Assembly: GCA_003164655.1 (NCBI GenBank)
Contig: PLTW01000091.1
Location: 1 to 35,413, forward strand
Origin: Actinomycetota bacterium
Lineage (GTDB): Bacteria; Actinomycetota; Thermoleophilia; UBA2241
Direction of reading: 5' to 3'
DNA: 35,413 bases
Shown: positions 32,340-35,413 of the stretch, piece by piece
Layout: each line of letters begins with the position of its first letter
Numbering within the stretch: the stretch's first letter is position 1
The notes under the pieces: model-generated
The model's input: the letters and a program-made list of their open reading frames with translations, nothing else
Database searches by the model: none
Told to the model about the DNA's origin: nothing
Translations under genes and position numbers: made by a program

Positions 32340-33608
32340 TCACCTGAGCGCGGTCTTCGTACGTCGCGCGGCGAGGTAGCCGAAGGCGGCCGCCGCCAGG
32401 CAGACGATCCCGCCGAGCACTATCGGCGCCCGGCCGCCCACTGTGTCGGCGATCAAACCCAGGACGGGGCCGCCGATCAGAGCTCCGCCGCCCATGAGGA
32501 CGGTTTGCAGGGCGAGCACCCGGCCGTGCATCTCGGCCTTGGCCTCGACCTGCACTATGGCCGTCGATGCAGTCAGATAGAGGATGCTCGCCATGCCCAC
32601 GAGGAACACCGCCGGAGCAGCGAATCCGACTCCCGGAACGCCGGCAAGCAGGAGCATGGCGAAGCCGAGCGCAGAGGCGCCGAAGATGATGTGGCGTAGC
32701 CGGACCAGGCGTCTCTGAGCGACGATCAGAGCACTCACGACGGCTCCTAGCCCAAAGACCGAATAGAGAACGGTGAAGACGCTTCCGGGACTGTGCAAAG
32801 CCTTGGTAACAAACAGCGGCAGCGTGACGGTGAAGTTGTACGCCAACATCTGAACGGCCAGGAGCATGCTGAAGCTGATCCACAGCGTCGGCATGGATAC
32901 CACGTAGCGCAGACCCTCCCGCACTTCTCCTTTGACCCGTGGTCTGCGTGGCCGACGGCGGAGTTCGGCGTGTCGCATGAGCAGCAGGCACAGCAGGACG
33001 GCTACATAGGAGGCGGCGTCTATGGTGAAGCACCAGCCGTACCCGAGGGTCACCACGAGCAAGCCCGCCAGCGCGGGCCCGAAGATGCGTGCGACATTCA
33101 CGATGATGCTGTAGAGCACGACGGCGTTGGGGATATCTTCGGCCCGGACCATCTCAGTGACAAAGGAACGCCGCAGCGGGTTGTCGAACGCCAGCAGGGT
33201 CCCTCCGCCGAGAGCCAGCGCGTAGAGCCCGACCAGTGGTGGGTGGGGCATGAAGGCCAGGATGGCCAGTCCTGTCGACTGGGCCATCTCCAGGCTCTGG
33301 GTCACGAGCAGCAGCTTGCGTTTGTCGGATCGGTCGGCGACGGCACCTGCCGACGCCGACAAGAGCAGGATCGGACCAAACTGGCAGGCAGCCAGAATAC
33401 CGACCGCCAGCCCGCTTCCGGTGATCTTGAGCACTAGCAGGACGAGGGCGACGTTGGTCAGCCAATTGCCCGTATTGGAGATGAGCTGGCCGATGAAATA
33501 CAGGCGGAAATTGCGGTTCCGCAGCGAGAGGAAGGTGCTCCTCAGTGCCCGGCTGAGTCGCCTGGCGACGGGGTTGTCGGACGAGCCCGAGCTCACTCGG
33601 CCCCCCAC
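32340..33608 (-). CDS. MFS transporter (MFS_3/EntS-like 12-TMS family)
   Basis: LRNRNFRLYFIGQLISNTGNWLTNVALVLLVL is the typical N-terminus of this family. 422 aa and hydrophobic throughout. Confidence 0.85.
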   Translation of the reverse strand: MGGRVSSGSSDNPVARRLSRALRSTFLSLRNRNFRLYFIGQLISNTGNWLTNVALVLLVLKITGSGLAVGILAACQFGPILLLSASAGAVADRSDKRKLLLVTQSLEMAQSTGLAILAFMPHPPLVGLYALALGGGTLLAFDNPLRRSFVTEMVRAEDIPNAVVLYSIIVNVARIFGPALAGLLVVTLGYGWCFTIDAASYVAVLLCLLLMRHAELRRRPRRPRVKGEVREGLRYVVSMPTLWISFSMLLAVQMLAYNFTVTLPLFVTKALHSPGSVFTVLYSVFGLGAVVSALIVAQRRLVRLRHIIFGASALGFAMLLLAGVPGVGFAAPAVFLVGMASILYLTASTAIVQVEAKAEMHGRVLALQTVLMGGGALIGGPVLGLIADTVGGRAPIVLGGIVCLAAAAFGYLAARRTKTALR

Positions 33609-34183
33609 AGGCTGGGAAGGTCGGCGATCGCGATGACGTCGGCCTGGCGCGGGAAGACCTTCCGCATGAGCAGTTCGTGGACTCCCTGGTCACGGTCGAT
33701 GCAGGCGTCCTCGAGCACGTAGAGCCGGTAGTCGCGATCGGCGGCGTCGCGGACGGTGGAAAGAACGACCCCGCTGGTGCTGATGCCGGCGAGGATCAGC
33801 GTGTCGATCCTCTGGTCGCGCAGCCGCCGGTCCAGGTCCGTGGTCGAGAATGCGCCGACGCGAGTCTTGCGCACGATGAGGTCGCCGGGTCGGGGTGCGA
33901 CGGCGTCGTGTATGGCGGTCTCGGGCGCCTCGCTGCTCAGGCGGCGGGCGGTCGCCGCCTGAGTGAATCCCTTGTTGGTGTCGGGCAGGGCTGCGTAGTC
34001 GGCGGCGTCGAAGGCCACGCGGACGTAGCCGATCCGCACACCTCGATCGCGGGCGCCCGAGATCGCCGCCGCGACACGCTTGAGGAGCTCGTCCGACTCG
34101 GGGAGCGAGCCGAGGATGGCCCGTTGATAGTCCATCACCAGTAGCGCCGTCTGCGCGGGGTCGATCACCGGGGTGGTCTTCAT
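33593..34183 (-). CDS. Isochorismatase-family cysteine hydrolase
   Basis: ATG at 34183 follows GGAGGAG. TALLVMDYQ (catalytic Asp context), LIVRKTRVGAF (Lys) and LILAGISTSGVVLSTVRDA, where Ser sits at the usual nucleophile Cys position. The gene overlaps the MFS start by 16 nt. Confidence 0.8.
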   Translation of the reverse strand: MKTTPVIDPAQTALLVMDYQRAILGSLPESDELLKRVAAAISGARDRGVRIGYVRVAFDAADYAALPDTNKGFTQAATARRLSSEAPETAIHDAVAPRPGDLIVRKTRVGAFSTTDLDRRLRDQRIDTLILAGISTSGVVLSTVRDAADRDYRLYVLEDACIDRDQGVHELLMRKVFPRQADVIAIADLPSLWGAE

Positions 34184-34239
34184 GGGTTCTCCTCCGCCTG
34201 TCGATCGGGCTGCCACGATCGGCGCTCCGTATGATTCCA

Positions 34240-34265
34240 AGATACGAGTGAGTATCTACAAGATA
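34240..34265. promoter_or_regulatory. Candidate operator in an AT-rich divergent promoter region (AGATAC-N6-GTATCT inverted repeat; CAAGATA direct repeat 21 bp apart)
   Basis: agatacgagtgagtatct at 34240..34257. caagata at 34238..34244 and 34259..34265. This is the most AT-rich stretch of the window. Confidence 0.3.
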
Positions 34266-34568
34266 TGGTGCATTGTTCCTATAAGGGACGCCAGCGTCTC
34301 GTCAGGACTGCCATGGACCAGACTGAGCAGCAACCGGGCAAAGCGCGGCGGCGGCGCGACGTGATCATGAACCAGGGTCCGCTGCCCGATGTCGGCCTCG
34401 TGGAGATCGTCGACGAGATCTTCCTGCCCTTGTTGCGTGGCTGAGAGACTCGGGAACGTCTCCTCGTGGCGGCCCTCGATCTGTCGGGGACCGCCCCCGG
34501 CGATGCTATCCTTGCGGCAATCTCAAGCGAACGGGAGGAGCGGCTCGGCCGTGGAGACGGTACCCTGC

Positions 34569-35413
34569 ATGTTGTGCGGCTGCGACGACGCCCGCCCGGT
34601 GCGCACGGCCGCCGACCGGTTGGCGGCGGCGCGGGCGGAGATCGTGCCGTCGCCCGCCCCGGCGACGAGCGACGCGGACGCTGAGACGGCGGTGTTCACC
34701 GTGGTACGGTGCCGGCGATGCGGTCTCGCCTACCTGAACCCGCGGCCCACGGCCGCGGAGATCGGTCGCTACTATCCCGACGATTACCACACCGCGCGCG
34801 GCGCCGGCGGCATCGTGCAGCGGCTCGAAGACGCCTGGCGGCGGCGCCAGTTCGGCGAGGTCGCGGGCTGGCTCGCCAACTTGCGGCCGCGGCGCGGACG
34901 CCTGCTCGACGTCGGCTGCGGCAGCGGCGATCTGCTCGCGGCGCTGCGCGCCGACGGCTGGCGCGTGAGCGGCGTGGAGCCATCGGCGCGCAGCGCCGCG
35001 ATCGCCCGCGCGCAGCGCGGGCTCGACGTGCAGACCGCGACCTTTGACGATGCCCTGCTGCCCGACGGCGCCTTTGAGGCGGTCGTCTTCGCCGCCGTTC
35101 TGGAGCACCTCCACGATCCCCTGCGAGCGCTCGCCCGCGCCCGCCGGCTGCTGGCGCCGGGCGGCCTCGTCGCGGTGTTGTTCCAGCCGCGCTTCGATGC
35201 CCCCCAGGCGCATCTCTTTGGCCCGCGCTGGGTCGGACTCGACCTGCCGCGCCACCTCTATCACTTCGAGCCTGGCACCTTCGCCGCCACGGCGCGCGCG
35301 GCCGGGCTGAGAGTGGTCGCAGTCGAACGCTATTCGCGGCGTCACAGCCCCGCGTTCTGGACGGCCTCGCTTGCCCCGGGACTGCAGAAGCAGCGCCTCA
35401 ACCTGACGGCGCG
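34569..35413 (+). CDS. Class I SAM-dependent methyltransferase with an N-terminal Cys-rich (zinc-ribbon-like) segment. The 3' end is outside the window.
   Basis: My own translation from ATG 34569: MLCGCDDARP...VVRCRRCGLAYLNPRP...RLLDVGCGSGDLLAAL (motif I)...AVVFAAVLEHLHDP...LLAPGGLVAV. There is no stop before the window end, so it is absent from the ORF track. Confidence 0.75.
   Translation, partial: MLCGCDDARPVRTAADRLAAARAEIVPSPAPATSDADAETAVFTVVRCRRCGLAYLNPRPTAAEIGRYYPDDYHTARGAGGIVQRLEDAWRRRQFGEVAGWLANLRPRRGRLLDVGCGSGDLLAALRADGWRVSGVEPSARSAAIARAQRGLDVQTATFDDALLPDGAFEAVVFAAVLEHLHDPLRALARARRLLAPGGLVAVLFQPRFDAPQAHLFGPRWVGLDLPRHLYHFEPGTFAATARAAGLRVVAVERYSRRHSPAFWTASLAPGLQKQRLNLTA

Overview
Very GC-rich chromosomal segment (G/C at nearly every third codon position), most consistent with an Actinomycetota-like bacterium that has anaerobic traits. 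No rRNA, CRISPR array, transposase, integrase or recognisable defence gene was seen. Most long ORFs in the supplied track are Arg/Ala/Gly-rich shadow frames of real genes.

Real content, left to right:
(1) A partial GT2 glycosyltransferase (-).
(2) A tight three-gene envelope cassette (+): an anchored secreted alpha/alpha-toroid repeat protein, an ExbB/TolQ/MotA-like channel and a DUF2149/ExbD-like partner.
(3) A long minus-strand gene string: unannotated 52-aa ORF, AmmeMemoRadiSam-type radical SAM, orphan RsbW-like anti-sigma kinase, rsmG, parA, parB.
(4) A divergent second radical SAM gene, then an OmpR-type response regulator, a HAMP/PAS histidine kinase and an HtrA protease.
(5) A B12-dependent lysine-fermentation-type cluster: YheO-like regulator, P-loop protein, kamD, kamE, thiolase, kdd.
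(6) Two tandem parS centromere sites upstream of an Mrp/ApbC Fe-S carrier ATPase.
(7) A 12-bp tandem repeat array in front of a 1308-aa HTH-GAF-HD-GYP-GGDEF-HD-GYP c-di-GMP protein.
(8) An enolase-superfamily plus ureohydrolase operon.
(9) tRNA-Ala(CGC) followed by a degenerate copy of its own 3' half.
(10) An isochorismatase-MFS-TetR-MFS string and a partial SAM methyltransferase.

Best candidates for something undescribed: the ExbB/DUF2149 cassette, the translationally coupled small ORF with the two head-to-head partnerless radical SAM genes, and the repeat array plus DNA-binding c-di-GMP megaprotein.
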